A stretch of 64,000 bases of DNA, taken from contig NC_134027.1 in the NCBI RefSeq assembly GCF_964204645.1, forward strand, positions 23,832,560 through 23,896,559. The letters are read 5' to 3'. Both the position numbers and the translations under genes were made by a program. Of this stretch, positions 12,101 to 27,100 are shown piece after piece (within the stretch, counting starts at the first letter, position 1; each line of letters begins with the position of its first letter). This DNA is from Tubulanus polymorphus. Taxonomy: Eukaryota > Animalia > Nemertea. Under the pieces are notes generated by a model. That model was given only the letters and a program-made list of their open reading frames with translations. It did not search any database and was not told where the DNA came from.

Positions 12101-15100
12101 ACCGTGAAGTTTGAGATATCTTGTAGTAGCAGTGGTGTTAGACCTAGAAGCACGAGGTATCTCAGTAGTGCTGGTGGTAGAACCAGAAATATGAGATATC
12201 TCAATTGTTGCAATGGTGGTAGAACCAGAAATATGTGATATCTCAATAGTTGCAATGGTGGTAGAACCGTGAAGTTTGAGATATCTTGTATTTGTAATGG
12301 TGGTAGAACCAGAAATAAGAGATATCCCATAGTAGTAATGGTGTAAGACCTAGAAGCACGAGGTATCTCAGTAGTTTTGGTGGTAGAGCCAGAAATATGA
12401 GATATCTCTGACCAAGAAGTACAAGTTGTCTTTAGATATTTGGATTTCCGACCTTTTCTAACATTTTCTTTATTCCTGAGAACAGTGTAAATCACCTCAA
12501 TCGCTTTAATCACCTAAATCGCGGGCGTCAAATCGGAGCGCTCCGTAGTTTTCGGCAGTTGTTAGCACAACTGTGGAGTCCGAGAAACCAATATGGCATC
12601 TCATCCAAAAAGCGGCTCTTATTCAGGCCCAAACTATTAATATTTTGACCAAAAGGAAGTAAGTTTTTTGGCTAAAAGTTACTGACTTCTGTTCCCCAAA
12701 AATTTCTTTTTTTTTTGAAAATATTTTCCGACTTTTCCAATATGGGTCGTTTTCATCCCTGTAGCTCTAAAGGAGGTAGCACGATGCTAGAAATACAACT
12801 TTGAATCAAGAGCTGTGAAACTGCGTCCAGATTAGCGCTCGCTAACACCGCATTACGTTTCGTTTTACAGGTCGGCGAAAAGTTCCGAAATCGCTCACTG
12901 AAATTCCCGGGACTGATCTCCGGTTGCACGATGGATTGGTTCCAGCGTTGGCCGAAGGACGCGCTGATCGCCGTCGCCGATCACTTCCTGTCGACGTTCA
13001 ACATCGAGTGCACGTCTGAGGTGAAAACTCAGATCATACACTGTATGGGTATCGTACACGACGGCGTCGCTGAGAGCTGTACCGAATACTTCCAAAGGTA
13101 AAAACTTGCGACAAATCTAACTTTAAAACTAACAGTAAACCTCTCAGTAAATCTCTCTAAAATGAATGCCTTCAGGGCAGATCCAGGAGTTCACTAAGAG
13201 GAGCTCACATAATGAATTAGGACCCACGATCCCAAGACGAGAAGGTGGAGTCTGGGGATTTTTTTAATGCAAGATGCGTCTTAGAGACATCTTGAAGTCA
13301 TGATCCTAGAAAGACAACCATCCACTTTCAAGCGAAAACAACTGAAAATCAATCTTCAAAATCTTAGATAGTTATAAAGAACCAGACTGCAATGCAAAGG
13401 GGTGTTCATTAGGTGTATCATAACTTTTTGTCACAGCGTCACCTTGTGGTCACTCAAGTCATTCATTTCCCAAATTTCCTATAAATAGAGTCAATTAGTA
13501 CCGTACATACCGGTACATTATAAACCATTCCATGGTGTACAATGGTAATGAACTGGTCGATAATGTATGATATCACATGAAAACATATCGATTGTTAACT
13601 TTTGATCGGCCAGACACTGACACGTTGGCGCTGTTCACTGTAGGGGGTGAAATATTCAGAAAATAGTTACTGCTTTTTGCTGTTAAGAAGTGTTCATCGT
13701 ACTCTTACTTGAAAATGAACTGGCAAAGCTTTTGTTATGGGAGGTGTTTTATGTGGAGAGGTATTTGTTTAGGGAGGTTTTATTGCAAACTGTTATAAAT
13801 TGATCGTCAAAGTCAATTCACCAATATTAGGTTCATTGTCTATTTCGACCATTGCGCGACTTAACTTTTTAGCTTCCGATCTTCATCGTTTATTTGTTGA
13901 CGTTCATGAATATATGATATGTTTGTTTGCGTTTTCAGGTACCGTCGTCAAACTCATGTGACGCCGAAGTCGTACCTTTCTTTCATCAACGGTTATAAGT
14001 CTATCTATGCCAGCAAACTTTCCGAGATCGCTGAATTAGCTGAACGCATGAACACAGGTATGGAATTTTTGTTAATTCAAGGATCTAAAACGTTTTCTGC
14101 TGGCAACAAGTATACTCGTACTTTCAGTTCTGTCACCAGTGCCAGCCATGAATATATTCATAGTTGATTCTTCTATAGTTACACTACAGTTAGATATTAG
14201 ATTGGTTAGCAATGTGAACAAACTCTGCTTGATTCTCAGTGCTCATTGGTCGATTTTGATGAAAGGCTGACTTTCTAACAGCTCCAGTGCCAAGCTACGA
14301 ATATATTTATAATGTAAATCGGGGGCAGCACTGAAGTTGTTAAACTAGTTTATTTTCAATGAGCTTATTCCGCTTATTATCATTCTCAATATTCCTTCAG
14401 GTCTCGAGAAACTTGTGGAGGCCTCGCAATCGGTAGCCGAACTGAGCAAAGAACTCGCCGTCAAAGAGAAAGAACTCGCCGTCGCCAACCAGAAAGCCGA
14501 GGTCGTCCTGAAGGAAGTAACGGTCAAGGCGCAGGCCGCGGAGAAAGTGAAGAACCAAGTGCAAAAGGTCAAGGACAAAGCCCAAGCGATCGTCGATTCG
14601 ATCGAAGCCGACAAGTTGGTCGCCGAATCGAAGCTGGAGGAGGCGCGACCGGCGCTGGAGGAGGCGGAGAACGCGTTGAACACGATCAAACCGGCCGATA
14701 TATCGACCGTGCGTAAACTGGCGAAGCCGCCGCATCTCATTCAACGGATCATGGACGCCGTGTTGTTGCTGTTTCAACGCCGATTGGACCCGATCATGAA
14801 AGATCCCGAACGCGATTGCATGAAACCGTCGTGGAGCGAGTCGTTGAAGGTCGGTAGCCGATACGGGCATTGTTTTTTTTTTATCGTTCAGAAATCAATC
14901 CTTGTCCCTCCCAAATCGTTGAAAAAGAACTTTTGATTTTCGTCCTTGTTTTGAACATTCGTCATGGCAACTTATCTAAGATTCTGAAATGAACATTTCA
15001 ATGCCAGTCTCATGAAAGAGCTCTAACTAAAATTGGTGGATAAAGTTCATACTTTCAATTTAGTGACGACAATTAGAACTTAACAATCGAAACAGTTTTG

Positions 15101-18100
15101 AATTTAGAAAATCATTCTTGCTTTTGAAGTTCGTCGCATCAGGTCACTTTACCCTTATCCTGAAAGTGCTGGAGATAATTTGAAAACTTCCAGCAGTTAT
15201 ACCTTAGTACCAATAGTGCGTCTACACCGCGGCGCAGTGCATTGTTAGTTATTATTATTTCACTATGTTTGACAGGTGCTGCCATCTTTTAATAGAGATA
15301 AGAACTGAGAGAAAAGATAAATATTAACAATGCATCGCAATGCAGCATATTAGCAAAATCCTTTACCGATTTATACATCGCACTGTGGTGTAGATGCACT
15401 GAAAGGATTAATCAGGCCTCCAGTTCAAGTTGATTCTTACGTTAATCGGGGCAGTATAAATCATCCAGCTGAAAGCTTTTTACCGTCGGTGACCCAACGT
15501 TTAATAAAATCATTTCAGCTGATGGCCGGCTCCGGATTCTTGCAAAATCTAATGAACTTTGCGAAAGATTCGATCAACGACGAAACGGTCGAATTGCTCG
15601 CGCCGTACTTAGAAATGGAGGACTACACGCTGGAAATCGCGAAGAAAGTCTGCGGTAACGTCGCCGGTTTGTGCTCGTGGACGAAAGCAATGGCCGCGTT
15701 TTTCGCCATCAACAAAGAAGTTTTGCCGCTGAAGGTAGGGATCGTAATTTTAGATCCTGAAATAGTATTGCAGTGCCAAATTTCATTAGCTGGGTTTCCA
15801 CGGTACCAAAGAATCGGGACAAACTTTCGAATTTCGAAATTGTATTTCTTTGTTTGATAATTCATGTGGAAATTTTAAGGTTTTCCTTTAATCTGGGAAA
15901 TTTCTAGAAAATCGCACCATCCAGGGCTGGTTGCGTAGTCATGGCTTAGACTTATATCATATCTTTTACCATCAAAGAAGGCCGTAGGCCTATTTACAGA
16001 CAGGCTCTTAGTTTACATATTTAACGTCCTCTCTTACAACCAATCTAATACTGACTATACACAATCCAACGACTTAAGAACAGTCTCAAGAATTACGACC
16101 ACTTTTGGACATAAGTCATGAATGTGCAACTAGCCGATTCAAGAGTTAATTAAGATTGAAGACCGAAAAATCTGAAAATTTTGTTTATCAATGCGAATTG
16201 AGTGTTGTGTCTATTTGAGATATTGTTGAAATATTTGAGCTGAATATTGAAAACGAAATTGATTCGAAACGATATATACCTTTTCCAGGCCAATTTGACC
16301 GTTCAACAAGCGCGATTGAACGCCGCTATGGCCGATTTGAACGCCGCTCAAGCTCAACTCGACGCCAAACAGGCCGAGTTGGACGTCGTGCAGGCGCAGT
16401 ACGACGCGGCGATGGCCGAGAAACAGCGACTGATGGAAGACGCGGACACGTGTCGGCGTAAGATGACGGCCGCGACGGCGCTGATCAACGGTCTCGGCGG
16501 AGAGAAAGAGCGCTGGACCGAACAGAGTAAAGAGTTCAAAGCTCAAATCGGCAGGTTAGTTCATTCGGCTCTGCGAGCATTCAGACGGTCAGGAGGGTGG
16601 CCGCTTACCTGAAAATCAAGGAAAAGTCAGGAAGATTTCTTTTCTTGAAAAAGTCGCAAAGGAAAATATCAGGGAAAATATGTAAGATTGCTAGATCGCG
16701 CGTAAAATCATATCAAATAAGTGGCCATCTGGGTCTGGCTTTTGATTTAGTTTGCCCAGTTTACGGGGAAGGTTGATCAATTTTGATTTAATCTTTGAGT
16801 ACTCATTGGATTCTGACCCGGTTCCATAGATGCCCATTGATAATATATCCCTTCTTCTTTTCTTTACCCGTAAACCTAGGTGGATAAAAAAAAAAATCAT
16901 TTCAGATAATGATAGACTCATTTCGTCTGTAGTCATATTTTAACCAGACAACTATCTAACCACTGCATGCATCTTTGATAAGCTGCTGAAATACTAATTG
17001 TTCGAATAATGTTCGATATAGGTTGGTCGGCGATGTTTTGATGGCTACGGCTTTCCTGTCGTATTCCGGGCCGTTCAATCAAGATTTCCGTATTCTGTTG
17101 AACAAAAACTGGCAGAAAGAATTGAAAAATCGTAAGATTCCGTACACGGCCAGCTTGAACGTGGTTAACATGCTGACGGACCCGACGACGGTAAGTTCAT
17201 CAATTAATGCCAGTCAACGATGCCACGTAAAAGCATGGTTTTTGAAAGTGTGCTGATAAAAGTCTGGTGGCCCAAATTCTGTATTCAAACTTCAAAATTC
17301 TGCTTTAGATCGGCGAGTGGAACCTACAAGGATTGCCGAACGACGAGTTGTCCATTCAAAACGGTATCATCGTCACGAAGGCTGCGCGGTATCCTCTACT
17401 GATCGATCCGCAAGGTCAAGGCAAAATCTGGATCAAAAATAGGGAAGCGGATAATGAGCTACAGGTAAGAGTGAGCTTACCGCGCTTCCGGAAGTTTTCC
17501 AGTTTCGAATCGGATATGTTATAAGCGCCATCAAGATTTCCTAATCTCGATAAGAGAAACCTACGATATCTATTTCAAAAACCGTCTTGTTATTTTCTTA
17601 CGTTTCGGTGGAATCCTTCCACCAATCTTCAGGATCCAGTTCCACAGGTCCGTGTTCCCATAAACTCTTGAGTTAAAATTAGTTCGTTTTCAATGAGTTA
17701 ATTCTGAATCAAATCTTAACTCAGAACTGTGGAACTGAATCCAGAGTTTATTTTAAATAAACCTCTGTACTAAACTTACCTTTGCTTGAAGCTGAAATGA
17801 GATTAACTGCAAAAACTCAAAAAAGAATGCTTGCGCGTAAAGCTGATTCTCTTGGATTCTGATTCAATTCCAGATCTCTTCGTTGAATCACAAATATTTC
17901 CGAGTACACCTGGAAGATTCTCTGTCGCTCGGACGGCCGTTACTGATTGAGGACGTCGGCGAAGAACTCGACCCGGCTTTGGACAATGTTCTCGAGAAAA
18001 ACTTCATCAAAAGCGGATCGACATACAAGGTACGTGGTACAACATACTGAACTAGGATCCAGTTCTGCAGTTGAGTTTGACTCTAGAGTTGAAATTAGTT

Positions 18101-21100
18101 CATATAGAGTAATTCAACTCTTGAGAGTCAAATCTTACCTCATATGTGGAACCGGGTTCATTATGTTACTGAGCCGCCAGGATTCGGCTGCACGGTCGCG
18201 GGTTAAGAATACATGTATGTTGAACTCTAGGAGCTGAAATGAGTTCAATTTGAGAGATTTTTACCCGGAACCCAGAAATCCTAGTGCGCATGGCGCATGA
18301 TAAACGCTTAACAAAAACAAGAAACCCTGCTCAACGAATATGACATGTTTATTTCGTTGTATCACACTTTCTTGTTTCGTATTAACGCACCCAGTTGCAA
18401 AACAAGTGGAAAGCTTTAGCGAGTAAACTACGGACTCGATTCATTGGTGAAGGAATCAAACCGAAATGCATTGAGAGGAAAATGTCTTTCTTGTTTTAAT
18501 GTTTTTCTTATTGTGTACGCTACGCTTTAGAGACTTAAGTCACTTGTTGAGATTAAAGTGGTTTTTCAACTGATGGTTTATACGCGTAGTTAGTTCCGTA
18601 TTGAATTGATAGATGGCTTTGCTGAGTCGGTATCGCGGCATAGCTTAATTCATCGAAAAACGCTGTATGTAGATCCCTCCAATTGTTAATATATTGTAAA
18701 TCGTGTCTGTATGGATTGATGATAAATTTGCTATATTTTATCGAGAAAAGGTCTCCGTTGTTTTGTAAATTGTGTGTATATTCTCTAGTCTCCCTTCATA
18801 TACCATGGATTCGAAATGGTTAGAGTGTAAATGAAATCCTGAAGTCCAGATATTCAGAATGTTCTCTTTCTATAATCGTTCAGGTAAAAGTCGGCGACAA
18901 AGAAGTCGACGTGATGACCGGGTTCATATTGTATATAACGACGAAACTGCCGAACCCGGTTTACACTCCGGAGATCTCGGCTCGTACGTCGATCATCGAT
19001 TTCACCGTGACGATGAAAGGTTTAGAAGATCAGTTGCTGGGACGCGTCATTCTCACTGAGAAAGCTGTAAGTATCCACGCCCCCTCCCCGCGAAATGTAA
19101 CACCCGAAGACGCCCCATCGGTCGCGAAAATCCCGGGCCCGGTTTCATGGACTGAGTGTCAAAGTCATCCCCAGGGGTAAATCCTGAATCTGTGGGTGAC
19201 AACCACCATAGTAACGACGAGAAACCATGGTCCAGTTCCACAGTTCTGAGTTAGGATTTGACTCAGAGTTAACTCATCGAAAGTGAACTATAACTCAAAC
19301 TCACAACTGTGGAACTGGATCCATGGTTACTTATAACTGACGAATTTCAAAATATTCTCAGCAACTGTTTTTTTTCCGCATCTATGAGACCCAGCCCGGG
19401 GCTTTGAAAAATGAAATAGAAGATCAAACATTATATATAGCCATGGGATTACGCGAGCGTTTTGACCCTGGCAAAGTTGGCCCGTACCAGATTAGGCCAG
19501 GCGAACCGTTCACACTGGTGCCTGAGGGGTCCATGCCTGTTTGACAAGATGGCACGACCAAAATTTCCGATCAAATTTCCGATTAGCGCTGAATTGCTTA
19601 AGTGTTGGTCAAATCAGTCGGCAAATTTTCAGCTTTCGTTTGTGATTTAGTTTTGACTGAAACAATGATTTTGCTTCAGGAACTCGAGAGCGAACGGGTA
19701 AAACTGATGGAAGACGTTACTTCGAACAAGAAAAAGATGAAGGAATTAGAGGATAATCTGCTGTATAGATTGACAAGTACTCAGGTAGGCGGTCGTTCGA
19801 TCGAGCGCGAGGAATCCTCACTCGCCACAGTAGCATGCATTCCTGGTATGCCGTTATTTCCGAGTATTTCACGCGTCAAGCGACGTTTCGTCATTTTCAG
19901 GGTTCGTTGGTCGACGACGAAGATCTGATTAACGTTTTGAACGTGACGAAAGCGACGGCCGTCGACGTCACGCAGAAGCTGCAGACGGCCGCTGAAACGG
20001 AAATCAAAATCAACTCGGCGCGTGAAGAATTCCGTCCTGTGGCGACTCGTGGCAGTATCCTGTATTTCTTGATCACTGAGATGAGCATGGTGAATCCGAT
20101 GTATCAGACTTCTCTACGACAATTCCTCGGTCTGTTCGACATCTCAATGGCCAGGTAAGATTAATAATATACAATAATAGTAAATTGTCACTTATATAGC
20201 TCAAGGCTCCTAATAAAAGTTCTAATGCGCTCCTCTAGAAACTATCCGTGATAAAACGATGATTACAAATCCCATAATAGATGAATTGATCTAAAAAGTT
20301 CATTTAACCCTTTCGGTGCTGACTAATTAATACCCTAAAGTGCGGGAGATAATTTGAATATTCCAGTCCAGTTCATCAAATAAACAGGCATCAGCTATAA
20401 TGAGTCTACAACCCGGCGCGGTGTATCGTTAATTACTTTTATCTTTACGGTGTTTGACAGTTGCTGCCATCTTTCTTTACAAATTACATCAATACACCGC
20501 AGTGCCGTGTATTAGCAAAGTCAATCACCGATTTATACACCGCACTGCAGTGTAGACGCACTGAAAGGGTTAAAATATACTCATCACGGATTTTTGCTCA
20601 TCAGGCTAGTCTAGTTCCATTGTAATTTCACTATAAGAGTCGCTCGTTAGTCGTATGCAGCTGACAGTCTAGCTTTTTTTCTAGTAAAAGATCTTTTTTA
20701 CGACGATGACCGGTTTTCGAAAAACGTGTTCGACTTCTTTTCAGATCGATCAAATCGCCGATTACTCAAAAGCGAATCACTAACATCATCGAATACATGA
20801 CGTTCGAAGTGTTCAAATACGGCGTACGCGGCCTCTACGAGGAGGATAAAATGACCTTCACGATGTTGCTGGCCTTGAAGATCGACATCCAATGCGGAAA
20901 GATCCGACATGAGGAATTTATGACATTCGTTAAAGGTAAAAAAAAAACAGCGTGCCCATTCCTCGAAATTAAATCATGATTAGTTATTAAAAAAAATTCA
21001 TCATTCTCAATGACTAAAATAATTCTGAAATTAATCGGGTCCTTGGTATTGGATTTAAATTACTGGTAGTGAGTAGACTAAGTTAGCAACCAGTATCGTC

Positions 21101-24100
21101 ATCTTTTTTGAAGAGAATGTTTTTGACCTTCGTGGTCATAGATACCTTACGCAGGAAAAAAAACTCCCGTTATTTGAACAACTTTTCTCCCTAGACGTAT
21201 TTGGCATGTGACAAATATCAAAATCAATACTAAAAGAAAAAACAATGTTTGTTCGCAATTTGATGAATTATGACAGGCTTTTTTTGCAGGCTGTGTTTGT
21301 TGAAGCACTTGGAATTGTTCAATGTGCATTATATGTTATTAGATCATTTTTTTTCGAACGATCAATTTTTGTCTCTTCGGCAGGTGGTGCCTCGTTGGAT
21401 TTGAACGTCGTACAACCGAAGCCGTGTAAATGGATCCTCGACATGAATTGGCTGAATTTAGTCGAACTGAGCAACTTGCATCAGTTCTCCGGCATTCTTG
21501 ACCAGGTACCGACAATAGGAAAATCAGAATCGATCGTACAATTTTTATCTCTTTATCTACTGGTCAGGCGTCTTCTTTAGTGTTTAAGATTCTTTTCAAG
21601 TTCAAGTATGCCCCTAAATCGTAATACCGGTCATAACTAAGATTGCCAATAGAACCAAATTGAGCAAAGACCAGGCTCTAAGTTGTTAGATCGACTCTGA
21701 TAATGATCTCTGACCGGTCTTCATTGACTATAGAATCAAAATGGGTTTGGACTGGTCTTAAGCTGCTGCGGTAGATCGGTTTAACAGCCGACACGGGCTT
21801 AGACCAGTCTAATGTTTTTAGCTTTAAATCTGCAACACTGGATTTTCTAGACTTCAATTCATTATTTGGTCAAAATGGTCCAGTAAGTCTCGGATGTAAT
21901 TCTACTGCAAGCAAGCTATAAGGGTTATCATTTTACTTGGAACTTGAGTTTTAAATCGTGCGATATTTTTTCAGGTCGCCAGAAACGAAAAACAATGGAA
22001 GCAATGGTTCGACAAGGAGGCTCCGGAAGACGAGGTTATTCCGGACGGTTACAACAACTCGTTGGATACGTTCCGACGATTGTTGCTCGTGCGATCGTGG
22101 TGTCCCGATCGTACGTTGTCGATGGCGCGAAAATACGTGTCCGATTCGCTCGGCGAAAAGTACGGCGAAGGCGTCATCCTCGATCTGGAGAAAATGTGGG
22201 AGGAAAGCACGAGTCGTCAGCCGCTGGTCGGTCTACTGTCGATGGGTTCCGATCCGACGAATAACATCGAGCTACTCGCGAAAAAACTGAAAATCGGTAC
22301 GTCTGCCCAGCCTTGCCTGGAAATTGATTGACCCGTGACAAAGTCAAATTGAAACAACACAATTGTGGAACTGGATTCAGAGTCAAAGTAAACTCACACA
22401 ACCGTGGAACTGGATCCAGAGTCAGATTAATCCCATGGAACTGCATTCGTAGTCTTAATTAAACCCACAAAACCTGTGGAACTGGATCCAGAGTCAAATA
22501 AGACCCACACAACTGTGGAACTAGACCCAGAGTCAAATTAATCCCACAAAACTGCATTCAGGGTCTTATCAAACCCACAAAACTGGTCAAATGTGACCAC
22601 AGTCCCTGGATCCAGAGTAATTAAACCAACACAACTATGGAACTGGATCCAGAGTAATTAAACCCACACAACTATGGAACTGGATCCAGACTAATTAAAC
22701 CCACACAACTATGGAACTGGATCCAGAGCAATTAAACCCACACAACTATGGAACTGGATCCAGAGCAATTAAACCCACTCAACTATGGAACTGGTTCCAC
22801 AGTCAAATAAAATTTACAAACTGGTTTCATAAACAAATTCAATTTAAGAACTCGCAGAATGTTTAGGTCATGAGCACATAGGGGATTAAAGGATGATTAA
22901 TCACTAGGTATTGTTGGTATTAAAATCATGGATTTGAATATGATGAGCCTGTTATTGATGTGTTTTGGGAAATCCGATTTGCAGTCTGTTGACAAACCCA
23001 ACCATTAAAATGATTCATTACAATTAGTAAAAGCCTGTTTACATAATTCTACTTATACATAACGGATTTGCGACTGAACATTTGAGACTATTTAGATTAT
23101 GATATCTAATTTGTTTCAATAAACTCAATATATCACGTATATATATATATATAATCCACACTCCCAGAGTATGAACAATTCTGGTTTTGTCTTTTTTAGA
23201 ATGTCGGGCGATATCTATGGGTCAAGGCCAAGAGGTGCACGCTCGGCGACTGCTGACGCAAGCCTCGCAGAACGGAGGCTGGGTATTGTTGCAGAATTGT
23301 CACTTGTGTCTCAACTACATACTCGAAGTGATGGATTTCGTCATCGAAACCGAAACGATTCACGACGGTTTCCGACTGTGGGTGACCACCGAAGTACACC
23401 CGAAGTTCCCCATTAGTTTCTTACAGGTACTTACCGTTACTTGAAATGCATAGACGATGAAAGTCACGCCAAAATTCACCGCATCGAGTACTGGGGACTA
23501 GTTGCACTGTGTTGGCTTGGATTTAAGACCAGTTTGATGCCCATCTTTATAGTTATTTAACCAATTTAAGATCCGTCTTAAATTCAAATTATATTTTTGG
23601 ACTTAAGTTATGAATGCGCAACTGGGCCCTAGACGACTATGAACAACGCTACCCATCCAAGACGACTGCCATAGTTGAAATAAGTGGAAAATGTTATTTC
23701 AGCACTTCAAATCGGACATCAAACTCACTTTTTCTGCGGCTAATTTTTGCAAAACAAACCATGGAAAATGTGTAACCTTAAAATGAAAACCAAGGCTACG
23801 CTTTTTTTATGTATTTCACTTTCTGCAGTTAGCCCTTGATTATACCCCTCCTCGGGACCAATGGCTTTTTTCGCGGATATTCCTCGTTATTGGGAATTGA
23901 AAATTTTGGCCGTAATTGTTGCATTATTAACAACTCAATACGTAATGATTCGTGGTTGCGCGGGATGTTTTGGATTTCTCGGTTTAAATCTAGATATCAG
24001 CGACATTACACGGAAGATCTGAATAATCAAATCATTGTTGTGTATGTTGATGTCCTTATGAGAGTGCAACTTAACCCGAACATCTAAAAAAAAGTTTGTC

Positions 24101-27100
24101 AGACCGTATAATCGATATTTCAGATATTTTTTCTCATATAAATAGGAGTGTCTGTTTTCACCGATTATGTTCAGATCACACTTAAAAGTATGGCCACAGA
24201 TGGCTGAAAATCGGTAGTACTTGGAAATGAGAAATTCTAATCCGGAGTAAAGCGGTACTTTTGAACGGCTGACCGGGTTGAGTTCATACTCGATACGGCC
24301 GAATGAAAGAAAATCAATCGCAAATTGCAGAACAACCTGATCTAATGCTGGTTTAACATATTGACATATCGACGATATTGGCGTCTGCCTGACATAACGG
24401 ATATGGCGTTATTTAAACTGATCTTATTTCATCAGCTGTCACGCAAGTTTTCAAACAAGTTTGCGCACACCCTAGTCGCTCGGGCGTAGCTGCAGCATTG
24501 GGAACCAGGAGGGTTCATACAGCGAGTCATCTATTTTGGTATTTATTTGTATATTTCAAAATCTCACAGAGCCAGATTTTGTTTCGAATGTCTTAGACAT
24601 ATATACTCATAAAGTCACCAAAAAGTTTTTTCATCTTTTGTCATTTTATGAATGAATTGGTTCAGATTTCTAGAATTCCGGTAACGTAGTTTCTTGTTGC
24701 GGGCCATTTTATTGATCACTGGACAGCGCATGATGATTTATCTGCGTTAGTTCATTCTTGCGCCAGATTCGAACGTACCGTAGCTCAGATAACGCTTGAA
24801 TAAAAAGGTTTTATTTTGTTCAGGCTCAGTTTTTGGCGTGAGATTTTGTTGAATCGTCCTGTAGTCTGATCTTAGTTGCAATTGAACTATTGCGGTCATT
24901 TTCTCAGTGCCCGTCATTATTTCGATTCTTCTTTCGATACATTCTATGCAAATCGACTGTAAATGCATCCGCTTGTTAGCCACCTGCCATGTCATCTGCA
25001 TAAGCCCCAATATGGTTAAGATTTTCTAGCGCCCTCGAAAAATACTGAAGAGTATTTTGATATCTTGAAGTCGAAACTATAAGCAAAGCCTCACAAAGAC
25101 CTCATTATGCACCAAATGTGACTTGAATTTTCGAGATTTTTTGTTGGCAGGAACTCAACCTCCCCAATTTTGGTATTGAATCGACAGTACTCACCCTGTG
25201 GGGGGAGGGGTTGTACCAATGGCCAATTTTCAAGATCGTTTGCCCTTGTCCTCGAGAAAGATTTAGTCTAGTAACGTTCTGGACTCGGCCAAACCTGTGC
25301 AGACCTGAATATGACTACTATCTATTTGAGAGCTGGTTTCTACGTTTAAAGAGCTCAACTTTTGTCAAAAAGATAAAATACGCTAAAAATGTGAATAATT
25401 TCTAGTACATTTTCGATTAAACGACCGACTTTTTGTCAATAACGCTTTTTTGTGTTGAAACTACAACAATTACAGAGATCAGGTAATCTGGTCTGCTAGC
25501 GGCCCTACTTCATTCATTCAGTACGCTTACTTATAGATTATGGGGGAATCGGAGTCATTGCCTAAACTGATGTTTTTATTCGTTATTTCAATCATTTCAG
25601 ATCGCGATCAAATTCACCAACGAGCCGCCGCAGGGAATCAAAGCCGGTTTGAAGCGTACGTACACGAGCATGACGCAAGATTTCCTCGACGTTTCGAACA
25701 TGCCTCAGTGGAAGCCGATGTTGTTCGGCGTCGCGTTCTTGCACACGACCGTGCAGGAACGCCGGAAGTTCGGCCCGCTCGGCTGGAACATACCGTACGA
25801 GTTCAACACGTCGGATTTCAACGCCAGCGTGCAATTCGTGCAGAACCATCTCGACGATATGGACATCAAAAAGGTTCGTGCGCCCTTAAATCTTGAATTA
25901 ACCGGAGATTTCAGGGTCCAAACAAACCCACACAACTGTGGAACTATATCCAGAGTGAAATTAAACCCACACAACCATGGAACTGGATCCAGAGTGAAAT
26001 TAAATCCACACAACTGTGGAAATGGATCCAGACTGAAATTAAACCCACAAAACTGTGGAACTGGATCCAGAGTGAAATTAAATCCACACAACTGTGGAAC
26101 TGGATCCAGAGTCAAATTAAACCCACACAACTGTGGAACTGTATCCAGAGTCAAATTAAACCCGCAAAACTGTGGAACTGGATCCAGAGTCAAATTAGAC
26201 CAACACAACTTTGAACTGGATCCTGAGTCAAATTAAACACACAATTCTGGAACTGGATCCAGAGATGAAGTGGACATTTGATATTTGCGCTATGAGTATT
26301 GAACTTTTTAAGTTAATTGAATTTTGCTGATGGCTTCGATGAAACAAATCAATATGTATATATATATATATTCATAGGGTGTTAGTTGGACGACGGTGAG
26401 GTATATGTTTGGCGAGATCCAATATGGCGGACGTGTTACCGACGACTACGACAAACGTCTGCTGAACACGTTCTGTAAAGTATGGTTCAGCGAGCAGATG
26501 TTCACTCCGGCGTTCTGCTTCTATAAGGGTTACACGATTCCGAAATGCGCGAAACTGAACGAATATCTCGAATTCATCGCCACGCTGCAACAAACCGACA
26601 CGCCGGAAGCGTTTGGGCTGCATCCGAACGCCGATATTACGTAAGTGGTCACCCCCCCAACTGCTGTTGAGAGGCAAATCTGATGAGTTATGAAACGATA
26701 AGGAATGAATCAGTTTTGACTTGCAAGTTAAATCAAACTCACCTGAATCTGGTTTATTCAAACTTAACTGTGAAAATTAATCCAGAGTTATTTAACTAAT
26801 ACAAATCAAATCAAACCCACACAAATGTGGAACTGGATCCAGAGTCAAATTGAACTCGCACAACTGTGAAACTGGATCTAATGTCAAATTAAACACACAC
26901 AACTGTGGAACTGGATCCACTGTCAAATTGGACTCGCACAACTGCGGAACTGAGTCAAATCAAGCCCACACAATTGATCCAAATTCGAATTGAACTGGAT
27001 ACTGTGAAAATGGGCCTCGCACCTAGTTCCCAGTCATAAGTCGAATAATGATAATAAATTTAACTCGAGAACTAAAATATCACATTTCAATCATCTAACT

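Noticed and set aside
11422-12513. 363-aa and 264-aa ORFs as protein-coding genes
   Set aside because: They are translations of the 165-bp tandem repeat inside a dynein intron.
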